Positions 12,488-25,949 are shown, counted from the first letter of the whole stretch. The stretch: DNA of 63,949 nucleotides, filler included, from Octopus bimaculoides (GCF_001194135.2; 4 parts of 4 records of this genome joined end to end with filler, not necessarily neighbours in it), one strand, 5' to 3'. Numbers and translations are program-made. The notes: generated by a model from the sequence alone, not told the origin.

Positions 12488-12528
<41 letters not shown>

Positions 12529-12926
12529 TATATACATACTCAAGGAGTACGACATCAATAGAATCGCGCACTCATTCATAGAAAGCAGGTACTCAATAAC
12601 ACTCATAGATTACCAGAATCGGTAGACCGTTGCAAAAAACACTTAACGCTATTTAGTTACGGACTTTTGTGCTTTGAACAGCAGAGATCAGTTTGGAGAT
12701 CAATAAAATGCAGTAGCAGTCGAATACTGGACTCGATTTAATCGATTAACATCTTCGCACATTTTTCTAACATTATACTTACGTCAGCAATTATTATTAT
12801 TTCGATTATCCTTGGAGGACATCTTGTACCTGCAGGACTACATCTCCATCACCCAACCCTTTTAATGTTTTAATCTTTCTCTACTTTCTTTTCATTGAGT
12901 ACTGCGCATACTTATTCCTTTTGTTA

Positions 12927-12969
<43 letters not shown>

Positions 12970-12970
<1 letters not shown>

Positions 12971-13158
12971 TCTTTTACTCTTTACTCTTTTACTTGTTTC
13001 AGTCATTTGACTGTGGCCATGCTGGAGCACCACCTTTAGTCGAGCAAATCGACCCCATGACTTATTCTTTGTAAGCCTAGTACTCGATTTATTTTTGACG
13101 AACCGCTAAGTTACGTGGACGTAAACACACCAGCATCGGTTGTCAAGAGATGGGGGGG
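12970..13158 (-). mobile_element. SINE family 1, 3' half
   Basis: (cttttact)n-tgtttcagtcatttgactgtggccatgctggagcacc...gtaaacacaccagcatcggttgtcaag, then a gap. Confidence 0.85.
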
Positions 13159-13709
13159 NNNNNNNNNNNNNNNNNNNNNNNNNNNNNNNNNNNNNNNNNN
13201 NNNNNNNNNNNNNNNNNNNNNNNNNNNNNNNNNNNNNNNNNNNNNNNNNNNNNNNNNNNNNNNNNNNNNNNNNNNNNNNNNNNNNNNNNNNNNNNNNNNN
13301 NNNNNNNNNNNNNNNNNNNNNNNNNNNNNNNNNNNNNNNNNNNNNNNNNNNNNNNNNNNNNNNNNNNNNNNNNNNNNNNNNNNNNNNNNNNNNNNNNNNN
13401 NNNNNNNNNNNNNNNNNNNNNNNNNNNNNNNNNNNNNNNNNNNNNNNNNNNNNNNNNNNNNNNNNNNNNNNNNNNNNNNNNNNNNNNNNNNNNNNNNNNN
13501 NNNNNNNNNNNNNNNNNNNNNNNNNNNNNNNNNNNNNNNNNNNNNNNNNNNNNNNNNNNNNNNNNNNNNNNNNNNNNNNNNNNNNNNNNNNNNNNNNNNN
13601 NNNNNNNNNNNNNNNNNNNNNNNNNNNNNNNNNNNNNNNNNNNNNNNNNNAATTGACTATTCCTCTTCCTCAAATTCCAGGCCTTGTGCCTATAGTAGAA
13701 AGGATTATT

Positions 13710-13778
<69 letters not shown>

Positions 13779-14119
13779 CTTACTCATATATACATATTTT
13801 CACATAAAGAAATGTACACCTTCTCCTCCATATCGCATTCTAAACGAAAACCGAATCTACAGACATATATATATATACACTGACATGTATATACATACAC
13901 ATACGCACACGTGTATATATATATACATACACTATATATATATAGACACACACATACACTATATATATATACATATGCACACATACACTATATATAGACA
14001 TATACACACACATACACTATACAAGCATACACACATGCACACAAACACACACATACGCCACATACGCATATACACCTTTAGTTCTGAACATGCGGATGCG
14101 TACATATGGTAATGTTTTA

Positions 14120-14259
14120 CAGAAACCGGAAGTGTAGGTCTGCACTATACAGTTTGACGCATGGGCTATCGGAAGTCGCAGACAACGCTGCTGCTTTTGT
14201 CATCATCCATCCGCATGTTTATAAATGTAGGCGCATGTGTGCTTGAGTGTCTACACATG

Positions 14260-14311
<52 letters not shown>

Positions 14312-14505
14312 GTCAGCGATTGTTTGTTAGCATTCACAATGTTCGGATGCTGGAGTGGTGATTAGTGGTAACAAGCAATCGTGTTAATGCAAACCGGCAA
14401 CACAACTTGTAAGAGCCGCTGCTCTTCAATACACAAACAATTCCGCCATATTGGCTCGTTCTTCCTGTATTCATTTAGAGCCGACATGTTATTTCCGCTT
14501 CCGTT
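14120..14505. promoter_or_regulatory. Candidate housekeeping-type promoter or enhancer motif cluster
   Basis: ETS ACCGGAAGTG (14125), TCGGAAGT (14169), YY1-like CCGCCATATT (14443) overlapping ATTGG, CTTCCTG (14461) and tandem ETS TTCCGCTTCCG (14493), in CpG-retaining sequence. No transcript evidence. Confidence 0.35.
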
Positions 14506-14939
14506 TATCGTTAATGACATTATTATTACTAATATTTTGTTATTGCTATTGTTACAATTATTGTTAATATTATTGTTATTCATTTTATTATAATTATTGG
14601 TTTTTGCTTCGTTTTTTTATTGACGTTGATGTTATTAATAATGGCGATTTTCTTGTTGTTATTATGGTTTCGTTCCTGGTCAATCCCGATCATGCAAATA
14701 TATAAAGAAAGACATTCCAAGCATGACCATTTCGTCCGTTTTCTTGTCTCTAATACTACATTGTCTAATATATTTGTACCACATTTATGAAAATATGTCG
14801 TAATTTGAGGAAAATCTGGATGCTGCATCTAACCACTCCGACGACCATCTTGAGACTCTTTGCCTTCAGTTATAAGCTCATCACGGTTGATGTGAGCTTG
14901 ATTCTTAAGGTTTATTATGAGTTAGATGCCATTTGTGTT

Positions 14940-15095
14940 GTGGCTGTGTGTGGTAAGAAGTTCCCTTTTCAAGCATATGGCTTGAGGTTTAGTGCCAACG
15001 TGTGGCAACTTGGACAGCAGTCTTTTAATATAGCCTCGGGTTGACTAAAGCCTTCTGAGTGGATTTGGTAGACAGGAATTAAAAGACGCACGTCG
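14940..15095 (+). mobile_element. SINE family 1, tRNA-like head and core
   Basis: gtggctgtgtgtggtaagaag...gagtggatttggtagacagg, followed by (TA)n and a gap. Confidence 0.75.
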
Positions 15096-15110
15096 TGTGT
15101 GCGTGCGTGC

Positions 15111-15142
<32 letters not shown>

Positions 15143-15600
15143 NNNNNNNNNNNNNNNNNNNNNNNNNNNNNNNNNNNNNNNNNNNNNNNNNNNNNNNNNN
15201 NNNNNNNNNNNNNNNNNNNNNNNNNNNNNNNNNNNNNNNNNNNNNNNNNNNNNNNNNNNNNNNNNNNNNNNNNNNNNNNNNNNNNNNNNNNNNNNNNNNN
15301 NNNNNNNNNNNNNNNNNNNNNNNNNNNNNNNNNNNNNNNNNNNNNNNNNNNNNNNNNNNNNNNNNNNNNNNNNNNNNNNNNNNNNNNNNNNNNNNNNNNN
15401 NNNNNNNNNNNNNNNNNNNNNNNNNNNNNNNNNNNNNNNNNNNNNNNNNNNNNNNNNNNNNNNNNNNNNNNNNNNNNNNNNNNNNNNNNNNNNNNNNNNN
15501 NNNNNNNNNNNNNNNNNNNNNNNNNNNNNNNNNNNNNNNNNNNNNNNNNNNNNNNNNNNNNNNNNNNNNNNNNNNNNNNNNNNNNNNNNNNNNNNNNNNN

Positions 15601-15632
<32 letters not shown>

Positions 15633-15841
15633 CTGGTGATCATAGTCCCTGTCAGTATATATGTATACAATTATGTGCTTTGACTACAACATTAGAGCAT
15701 TTTAGCTCTTATCTCTAGCACTCTAGTCACCCTAGTCATATTTAATGACAATTATAGTATTCCTTTTTGGTAAAATATTGCACGCGACTCTGTGTGTGTG
15801 CGTGTGTGTAGACTGACAGACAGACAGACAGACAGACAGAC

Positions 15842-15873
<32 letters not shown>

Positions 15874-16169
15874 TAGGAGAGAGAGAATCTCTATATGAGA
15901 ATGTGTATGAGAAAAATATTTGCGAGTGTGGCTGTTTGGTTGTGTGACTATGTGTGTGTGTGTGTGTGTGTTAGTCTAACAGTGTATGCTAGTAGTGAGT
16001 ATGCAAGAAGCTATCAGCGATTGTGGGTATAAATACATGCAGTTTTGTGTTTACGTACGTTTTCTGCGTATCTTTGCTCTGTGAGTGTGTGTGTATACAT
16101 GTAGGTTGCGATTTTTGCGCGCGTCCGTTAACCTTGCTATTTTGCGTGTGCGTATCTGAGTGTATTTCT

Positions 16170-16258
<89 letters not shown>

Positions 16259-16940
16259 TGTGAGGGTGTGTGTGTGTATTTCTATACATATACTCGTAAA
16301 TGTATGTGGAGATGGCGTTCGCGTGTGCGTGTTCATGCAGCCAATCAATGGCCTCGCTGTGGTTTTACTTGACACGTGATATCATTCATTCATAGGAAAC
16401 ACACGCAGCGTTACTTTTCCTTCATTAATTAACCCTTTCACGACATCACATGTGTGCATGCGTATGTCCTTGAGACACAGCACGTCACCGCTCAGCCTCA
16501 AGGGTCTACACGCACACAATCGCGCGCGCACTTTTGCTTGGCTCTTTATTAATATAAGCATGTATGTGCATATCTACATTCCTAGATACACCATATATAT
16601 TTATATATATATATATATATATATATACATACATACACACACATGTATACACACACACGTGCATATCTACATTCCTACATATACACATGTATATATACAT
16701 ATACGCACATACATATATATATGCATACACACAAACATATGTATATATAACAGTTCGATGAATGCTTAGCTGGACGAAACTTCGAAGTCACTATGAAAAC
16801 TATCTTGTTAAAGAATGACAAAATTTTACTTTACGAAAAGTATTGAATAATCCTTCAGTTTAATGTAAATCTTTTCATTAAAACAGTTTTACATAAAAAC
16901 AACCATTAAAGTGTGTGTGAGCGTGTACACACACGTCTGC

Positions 16941-16984
<44 letters not shown>

Positions 16985-17779
16985 GCTCACTGTACACACA
17001 TATTGTTTATTTTTAAAATTTAATCTGTAGAATTACAAAGTAACCCAAAGCTGAAGAGATTGATACACTGCCTCATATATCAAATATGTATGCATATACA
17101 CATATACATATACACACACGCATAACACACACATGCTTATACATATGCACCATACATATTTACATTTACTAATGTACACATTTACCCACGCGTGTGTGTA
17201 CGTGTCGAGCGCACACATACACACACATATCACAGGGGTGAGCAGTGGTGCTGATTCGGCGCTGTAGAAAAATAAGAAAAACACGATGACTGAGCTTATG
17301 TGAACAACACCTCACACTACAGGGTTACTAAATATATCAGGGAAACACGCACACAGACAAAAATATCTTCGTTGTATTCCGCAAATAATTTACAATGAAA
17401 AACAATATTATTCCTTAACAAATTTCAAGCTAGTGACGCCATTATTGTTTTATAATCTTAACGTTTCGGCTTTTGTGCTCTCCGACCAACTTCACTTTTG
17501 CCTATCGTATTTTGTAAGGCATTTGGTTGTTGGATCACTTGATTTATCAGCTGGTTAAAATTGCTTTCATTCCGTTGTCCATACCAGGAATATTCACCAA
17601 TTACTTAATGAGTAAGTTGCATTGCTGCTTGTTCGTTCCGCTTGAACTATTATTTTGTTTGCGTTTTTGGTAGCCCATCGCTTGACAACTTGCGTTGGTT
17701 TGTTTATGTCCTAGTAAGTTAGTGGTTCTGCGATAGAGAGTTGATTGAATAAGCACCAGAATTTAAAATAGTTTTGAGA

Positions 17780-17900
17780 AAATCCTCACGATCCGGTTAC
17801 CTTATGTCAAGGCTGTGTCGGAAGAAATTTAGAAGATCCTTACAATGCGAAGTTAGCAGTCAAAAGTAGGTTTGTCCTTCGAGATTTAAGCCGGGACAGA
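17780..17900 (+). mobile_element. Possible Penelope-like linker remnant
   Basis: Translates IRLPYVKAVSEEI*KIL, similar to the PLE motif IPYVKGLSEKIRRIL; short and degenerate. Confidence 0.35.
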
Positions 17901-18539
17901 TTGAGAAAGACTGATCATATGCGGAGGGAAAAGGGGAAAATCGAGAGCGAACAACTTTAGAAGACAATATGACCGAAAGATAAGCGCACGTGCTGGGTTT
18001 TGATTACCACCTCCGCTAGCCTAAAGTACAGATGCTAGCAGCCAAGTTTCCACTAAATGAGAGCCTTAAATTCAAAAAGATTATGACGCCGAAATCCATA
18101 AAAATGAAATGAAAACTTGGGTTTAAAGCTCCAAATTTCCGCCATGGTAATTGGCCTTAGGTTTCAGAGCATAATCTGTGAAGTGTTGATTTTGTGTTCA
18201 GTGTACCAGTTTATGGGGTGAGCATGAACCAGTGCTTGAGTCAGCGGGGTTAAATACGCTCCGGTCTCTGACTCAATAAACATGCTGCATTACAAGCTGG
18301 AAATTAAGTAGGACGATAAAGATCTACAACAGTAGAAGTAAGCTCTTAGAAATAGGATCACTCAGTTTTAGACATGAACGTTCTGATCGAAAACGTTAGA
18401 TAAATCCTGTCCGTTTATATGAAAGACGCAAATGTAAACTACAAATACAAATGCAAATAGTAAAATCTCATCCGAGAAGAACATTTAGATTGTTCTCCAC
18501 AAGTGAAGCACGACATAAAGAAATCCAGAGAATAAAACA

Positions 18540-19195
18540 GTCGTTAGTCAACAACGGCTAATATTTTTGCACCGTACGGGGAAAATTCAGTTGAGGCGGG
18601 AGTTAATTTGTCACAAACAAGTGGGTATATATTTTAAATACTTTATGTAAATGTAAACATTCGTAAATAATTATATTTTACGATAATGGATTAACAAACG
18701 AATGGAAAAAATCCGCCCGTGTCTTCATACATTTGAGCGATGAAATAAAATGAAAGAAGAATTAAGCAGATTTCCCGATTTATTTTCATTTGAAGTCCAT
18801 CCATGGATAAGAGATCGTTTTGGCTGTGATATAAAATGCGTCAGTAAAAATATCCAAGTACTTATTGAACTAAAATGCAATGATGAATTTAAAAACAGAT
18901 TTCAAAATGGTGGAATAACTGAATTATGGCTGTCAATTATAGCTAAACAGCTACATTTGGCAGCATGTGGTCTGAAATGGCGAGAATATTGTTGTGCTTT
19001 CAAACTTCGTATTTTGGTAGAATGTGGATTTAGTGAAGTGAATGAAATCTTGACAAAAGAAAGAAATAAAATCGATATATGTATACAAAGAGATGTTAGA
19101 CTACAGCTCACAAATTTTAGTTTAAATATAAAATAAAAAATCAAATCTAAAAGAAATCTGCCAGCATCAACCGCAAGGATGACATTAAATAAACG
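18540..19195 (+). mobile_element. hAT (Charlie/Buster, SCAND3/ZBED8-like) transposase C-terminal remnant
   Basis: MKEELSRFPDL..HPWIRD.F...LIELKCNDEFKNRFQNGGITELWL...LVECGFSEVNEILTKERNKIDIC...DVRLQLTNFSLNIK...HQPQG*H matches the Buster dimerization region (YLVECGFS, GDLRLKLT..EPNI, HQAQGSH). Frameshifted. Confidence 0.8.
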
Positions 19196-19432
19196 ACGTA
19201 AGTAAAGTATTTTAAATAGACACAAATACTCAGCCATTGTCAACAATTAATTAGGTTACCTACGAAGACATTCCAAGAACACCAAAGTGAGCGATCTCCG
19301 GAGACAAACACTTTCAGTTTTACAAGAATGAGACGAAGAAATTCTCAATCGAGCGTCACGTGTCTGCAGTCCCGTCAACGACTGCCCGACCGGATACCAC
19401 ACACACGCACAAACGCGCGCATACACACGTTT

Positions 19433-19615
19433 TTTATTCTTTCAGTCATTATTTCACTGCGGCCATGCTGGAGCACCGCCTTTAGTTGAACAGTTCGAAC
19501 CCAGGACTTATTCTTCGTAAGCCGAGTACTTATTCTATCGGGATTTTTTTTTTTTACCGAAACGCTAATTTACGGGGACGTAAACACATTTGCATCAATT
19601 GTCAAGCGATATATA

Positions 19616-19660
<45 letters not shown>

Positions 19661-19892
19661 NNNNNNNNNNNNNNNNNNNNNNNNNNNNNNNNNNNNNNNN
19701 NNNNNNNNNNNNNNNNNNNNNNNNNNNNNNNNNNNNNNNNNNNNNNNNNNNNNNNNNNNNNNNNNNNNNNNNNNNNNNNNNNNNNNNNNNNNNNNNNNNN
19801 NNNNNNNNNNNNNNNNNNNNNNNGTAGTGGGACTGAACCCGGAACCATGTAGTTGGGAAGCAAGCTTCTTACCACACAGCCACTCCTGCACC
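19433..19892 (-). mobile_element. Full-length SINE family 1 copy with a gap in its internal microsatellite
   Basis: 3' body at 19433-19610, (TA)n, gap, then head gtagtgggactgaacccggaaccatgtagttgggaagcaagcttcttaccacacagccactcctgcacc with good A/B-box-like motifs on the minus strand. Confidence 0.88.
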
Positions 19893-20224
19893 TATATATA
19901 TTTACTTCACACATATATATATATATATATTAATTAATAGAATGGTAAAATTAATTAATTTAATTAATTAATCAATCAATAATGTTACCAAGTATTTCGG
20001 TACGTTAAAATAACCTTTATAGGTAAAATTATACAAATATTCTACAATTATCAACATAATTATAATTAGGTGTCAGCTAATTGCTTCACCACATACCGAA
20101 TTTAGACATAGGAGATAAAAATTCTTTTTTTACTACCGTAAGCAATTAGCTGACCCCTAATCATAATTATGCTTATAATTATAGAATATTTCTGTGTGTA
20201 TATATGTATGTATGTATGTAGAGT

Positions 20225-20437
20225 TTCGTAGCTCTTTCTACTAAAGGTAGAAGGCTTGAAATTCTGGCGGAATGTGATTAGTCGACTACATCGAGCCCAT
20301 TGCTCAACTGGTGTCTATTTCATCGATCTCGAAAGGACGAAAGGCAAAGTCGACATCGCGGAATTTAAACTCAAAACGCAAAGACGGATGAAATGCCGGT
20401 AAGCGTTTTCCTCGGCGTGGTAACGATTCTGCCGTCT
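20225..20437 (-). mobile_element. tRNA-derived SINE family 2 (other copies at 25065-25212 on - and a tail at 13651-13715 on +)
   Basis: The minus strand reads ggcagaatcgttaccacgccgagg...gagtttaaattccgcgatgtcgactttgcctttc... ending near tagtagaaag. The 13651 fragment ends gtgcctatagtagaaagg(att)n. Confidence 0.7.
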
Positions 20438-21060
20438 TATGTCGAGTTATAATAGAAACAATTTTACATTAAACTGAAGGATTGTTCACTACTTTTTATG
20501 GCGCATGTATCTATCGTTCTTCTACAAGAACACTGTTGACAGTGACTTCGACGCTTCCGATGAAGTATGGCAAACCAAAACTTCGAACTCACTATCAAGA
20601 CGACACACAGATATACGCACATATGCATACATACTAACATTATATATATATATATATACACACACATTACTCATCGAAGTTTTAAAAGTTTACGATTTCA
20701 AATTTTGAAATTCCATCCATTGTCTTCATTTTAAACGAGACTGTAGGTACAATTATTTTTTTCAACTACTTACATTTTTAACAAACAACAAATAGCGTGA
20801 AAAGAATTATTTATCTCTCCTTTTTAACGTATGTCTTCAATATTGTTGTTGATATTGTTGTTTAAGCATTGCGCAACTTTCAATATGTAAGACCAAACAA
20901 AATGCTTTTTTTGCAAAAACATCATGTATGCACACATAGATGTATATACATACATGCATGCATGCAGGTATACATACGTACATACATAAATCTATGTATA
21001 TATGATTAATTTTAAAATGTTTTAAAGTAGTAAAATATTTTTTAAAATTTTCATATTACC

Positions 21061-21092
<32 letters not shown>

Positions 21093-21864
21093 CATCATCA
21101 GGATTGTTGTTGTTGTTATTATCATCATTTTGAGTATAAGTCAATATTTCAATGTAGTTTTTGTATATTTTATATTTTCTTTCTCCTTTCATTATATTAT
21201 TTATTATTATATATAGGTTAGCAAGATGTTTTTTTTGGTTTTTTAAAATTTTTTTATCATTTATAAAATATTGTCTGGCAATATTTTTTTAACATATTTC
21301 CATCTCTTATCGACGCATATATTCATACACACACACATGTATAAACATATATATNNNNNNNNNNNNNNNNNNNNNNNNNNNNNNNNNNNNNNNNNNNNNN
21401 NNNNNNNNNNNNNNNNNNNNNNNNNNNNNNNNNNNNNNNNNNNNNNNNNNNNNNNNNNNNNNNNNNNNNNNNNNNNNNNNNNNNNNNNNNNNNNNNNNNN
21501 NNNNNNNNNNNNNNNNNNNNNNNNNNNNNNNNNNNNNNNNNNNNNNNNNNNNNNNNNNNNNNNNNNNNNNNNNNNNNNNNNNNNNNNNNNNNNNNNNNNN
21601 NNNNNNNNNNNNNNNNNNNNNNNNNNNNNNNNNNNNNNNNNNNNNNNNNNNNNNNNNNNNNNNNNNNNNNNNNNNNNNNNNNNNNNNNNNNNNNNNNNNN
21701 NNNNNNNNNNNNNNNNNNNNNNNNNNNNNNNNNNNNNNNNNNNNNNNNNNNNNNNNNNNNNNNNNNATATATATGAATTAAATATTTCTATATGCGTTTG
21801 TTTCTACTCATACGTTTCTATATAATGTAAAATATATAAATGTTATATATAAATGACGTATATA

Positions 21865-21901
<37 letters not shown>

Positions 21902-22384
21902 GCACGCTAACAGGTAACAGCTCACCTCGCTCACAGACACCGTTTCAAACACACACACACTCTCATTGTGCAGACTGATAAACAACACACAACACGTACA
22001 AACACACGAGAGTGTGTTGCTGTGCGCGTGTGTGCGTGTGTGTGGTGGTGTGTGCGCGCGCGTGTGGCTTGCTCGTATGAAGACGATTGTTTTTCGAAAT
22101 TTATATTTGTCTTTTGGGGCTTTTTTTTTTTGTTTTTCAAATGTTATTTCAAATTATTTCCAAAAAATATACTTCTGCAGAAAGTCGGTGGTACATACAA
22201 ATATCTATACATACACACGCTCTCGCGTATGCACACACACTTGCAAACGAGGAAACACAAACGCACACACGAATACACAATCTCCCAAACACACACAAAC
22301 TTACATATACGTTTATATATACACACAGATTTATGCATGCATACGCACGTATAATAATAATAACTACAATAACAATAGTAGTAA

Positions 22385-22443
<59 letters not shown>

Positions 22444-22475
22444 TATATATATATATATATATATACATACACACA

Positions 22476-22527
22476 CATATGACGGAATATCCCATATTCT
22501 GGGATATCCCAGAAACAGTTGTAAAAC
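22476..22527 (+). ncRNA. Degenerate copy of the same hammerhead family
   Basis: CATATGA-C-GGAATATCCC/atattct/GGGATATCCC-A-GAAA-CAGTTG-TA-AAAC. GAAA is intact; the CUGAUGA box and stem I have decayed. Confidence 0.45.
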
Positions 22528-22604
22528 AATCTTTTTTCCAGTAATAATAATGTATATGACTTGAGATGGTTGCCTTACCTTAACGTTTGTCCTCTTTAGC
22601 AATT

Positions 22605-22638
<34 letters not shown>

Positions 22639-24750
22639 TATGTTAGCGTTTGGTAAACATAGTAAATATAAAAGAAGGGGAGACAGGAAGATGTATAATA
22701 AAATATGCAGCATATCACATTCCTGAAAAATTTCTTTTTTTTGTTTTTTCGTATGTCATGTTGGAACTTCTTGAATATCTGTTAATATCGGAATATATTT
22801 CTTTATATCGATAACCTGAAACGAAAATAACTACTGACATAAAACCAGTCTCTTTAGCTACAATAATTCTATTCACATAAGGTAAGGGTGTATTTCTAAT
22901 TAACTACATAACGTCCAGAAATAAGAAGCGTTTCTCTTTCCAGCCTTGAAGCTCACGAAGTCAAAGAATAGCTAGATTTTGAAGGATGTGAGACTGAGAG
23001 TACAAGGAGAGACGCCATTCACTTCCGATGCCGCTTGCGCTGATTCTTCTGTGGAATGTACTGGAGCAACATGAAGCGAAGTGCCTTTAATCATAACAAA
23101 ACCTGCTGTTGAAGGACCAGACTCATGGTGGAGAGGTCGTGAGTCCAATACATTTATCTCTGAGCCACGTGCTTGCATTAAATGTAGAATTAAACGCGCT
23201 AAGCAGTCAAAGAACAGTTTTAAGGTCATTGAGTCGATGGAACTCAAGCTTCATTTGGTGCCCAAACTTATCGAAAGAATAGTTTAAGCGTTCTGAATCC
23301 TCCAGAAATATAACTCGTTGAATCATTCTTAGCACTAACTCATTATATTCGATGTACAAAATTACCCGACGAGAGTCTTCAAAAATGTTTGCATTTGGTG
23401 CCTTCTGTAATGTCCAACGTAATATTCCAAACCTATGTTAGTATTTGTATTAACTGTACTTCTGTAAACAATACTTTTGATAGTGTACCTTTGTTCTAGT
23501 GGACATTCGTTTGTTTGATACAATTACAAATCATAAAGTGTTGGTAAGCAGTTGACTCATATAATTTGAATCTACTCAGATTGGACAATATCTGCCCAAA
23601 ATTAGATGTAGAAGAATAAGTAACTTTAACGGAACGCTGATTAATACTGTTAAAATACTTGTGGTCGAAAGGAAAGTTTTTCAGCAGTTCAAATGAATTT
23701 TTTGACACTGCCGTCAGGAACTGTCGATATAAGGCTGCTTATACCAAGTTATATCTCTACTTTTATTTTTCTTTCAATTGGTCGGATAATCTCTTTTAGC
23801 ATATTTAATTTTAACACGGAAATTTTAGAAAATCGTTATATTTTGAGAGGTGTCATTAAAAATACTCCCCATCGAAAAGAAAGGGGGAAAACCTTTTGGG
23901 TGGTTTTCGAGAAAATAACAAAAATCTATTAGTGTTGTTTATTGACTTTGTTTTTGTAGACAGTGAAAACTTTTCTTTGATAAAACTGAATGTAACACCA
24001 AAGCAAATACATTTATCAACCATTATATTTAATATAATTGTCTTAAAAAGTTATGGAAAATATTTGATGCAGCCAGAACTATAGTGTAAACAACAAGCTG
24101 TGTTATGTATCGTAGACTCTTTTCATAACTACTTTCAAGGGTTCGTCACAGACCAAGAAATCGGAAGTGTTCTCAAGTTATTCACCTAGATGGCACCGAA
24201 CGTTTATTATGCTCCAAACGTCTAGCTAATAATTTTATACATCAAATAATGTTTACCTCTTTGTCAAATCTGTGAAATTTATTACAACACATTTAAGTAA
24301 TTTTTCAGATAATTTTATGATTCAAATAAAATTAGTGTGACGTTCCAACTCTTAAACATATTCAATTATTCATTCTAAATTTTTATAAATTATTTTGATG
24401 GGACATTCACCTTACCTTACGTAAAAACAATTATAATGCCCAAACAAACTGTCTCATTTATTTAGCTTTTCTTCCCGTCTTCAATTATCATAATAAACCT
24501 CTAAATATTCTATTGAACTCTTACAGAAAATATTCTACCATAACATCTGAGATAAACGACAAAAGTGGATGAGGATCCGATTTAAATTACCTCCTATAAA
24601 AGTTTCATCTTTTAAATATTTCTTTTCATTATCTCAAATTGCTGCTTCTTCTAATTTTAGTTATGACTCTTGATGCTCTGTCCTCAAACCTCTTCTTCGT
24701 TGATGTAGGCAAAACTGTAACAATATTCTCCAGTAATATTTTCAAAATAC

Positions 24751-25055
24751 CAGGATATATCGGACAAACAGTAAATCGGAAAAAGTAAAATACCCGGATA
24801 TTTCGGACAATAGTAAAACACCCGGATATTTCGGACATCAAAATACCCGGATATTTCGGACAACAGTAAAATACCCGGATATTTTGGACAACAGTAAAAT
24901 ACCGGGATATTTCGGACAACAGCAAAATATCCGGATATTTCGGACAACAGTAAAATACCCGGATATTTCGGACAACAGTAAAATACCCGGATATTCTGGA
25001 CAACAGTAAAATACCCGGATATTTCGGACAGCAGTAAAATACCCGGATATTTCGG
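24751..25055. repeat. 28-bp minisatellite, about 10 copies (AAAATACCCGGATATTTCGGACAACAGT)
   Basis: Directly visible tandem units with few substitutions and one shortened unit. Confidence 0.95.
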
Positions 25056-25949
25056 AAAAAGAATAACTGACCTCAGTACTTAGCTGTTGTTTTATTTATC
25101 GCCTCGAAAGAATGGAAGGAAAAGTAAAACCTTGGTGCGATTTGAACTCAGAATGAAGAAACGAGTGCCACAAGGCATTTTATCTGATGTGTTAGACAAC
25201 TCTGCCAACACACCATCTTATTATTGCGGGTGAAAACAGAGAGAAGTGATACATTTCAAGAGCAGTTATGTGAAGGGGAATCTCAACTCTCACAGCCTGA
25301 CCAACTCCATTGTGGTCATCATCAGAATCTACAAAGAGAGAGTTAAACAAAACCACGGACCTACAAAGTACACGATTCCTTACCGATCTGAATGTCGTCA
25401 AGTACAGTGTCCTTGCCCTCAACTGGGCGAGGACATTGCATAAATAAGAGAATAGATAAAGGGTTAGGGACGGGGCCACACCTCGTTGTTCGGCTGATTA
25501 CTTCTCTGCGTATAACTGTTTTACTTGGGATATTTAGGGTTCCGCAAAAGCACCTGCATGTAATCTATGGGACTGATTAGTCAGGATAGACTTTGCGGGT
25601 CACACCACAACTGCATATGCGCTAAAGGATTTTTAAATCAAGGGCTGACCTAGGGACTGTACGGCAGCAGCTAATCCATCATCATCATTATCATCATCAC
25701 CGTGTTTATAATAGTTAGCATCGTCATCAACGTCATAATGATATAAATAATTTATTTGTAATCGCTAGGATTGCCAACTTCACAACATGGTCACCACCAT
25801 CACCGGAAACATCAAATCTAGCTGCTTGAATAGCGAAAAATAGCAGTTCATTCGCCCTTATTTCACATTCTGCCGTCTCTTAGGAGAACGACGTATGTAC
25901 GAATGCATGCATTAATATATGTATTCGTGATACATGTATTATCACCACC

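Noticed and set aside
24751-25055. 28-bp repeats superficially like a CRISPR array
   Set aside because: Units are head-to-tail with no unique spacers, the context is eukaryotic, and there are no cas genes.
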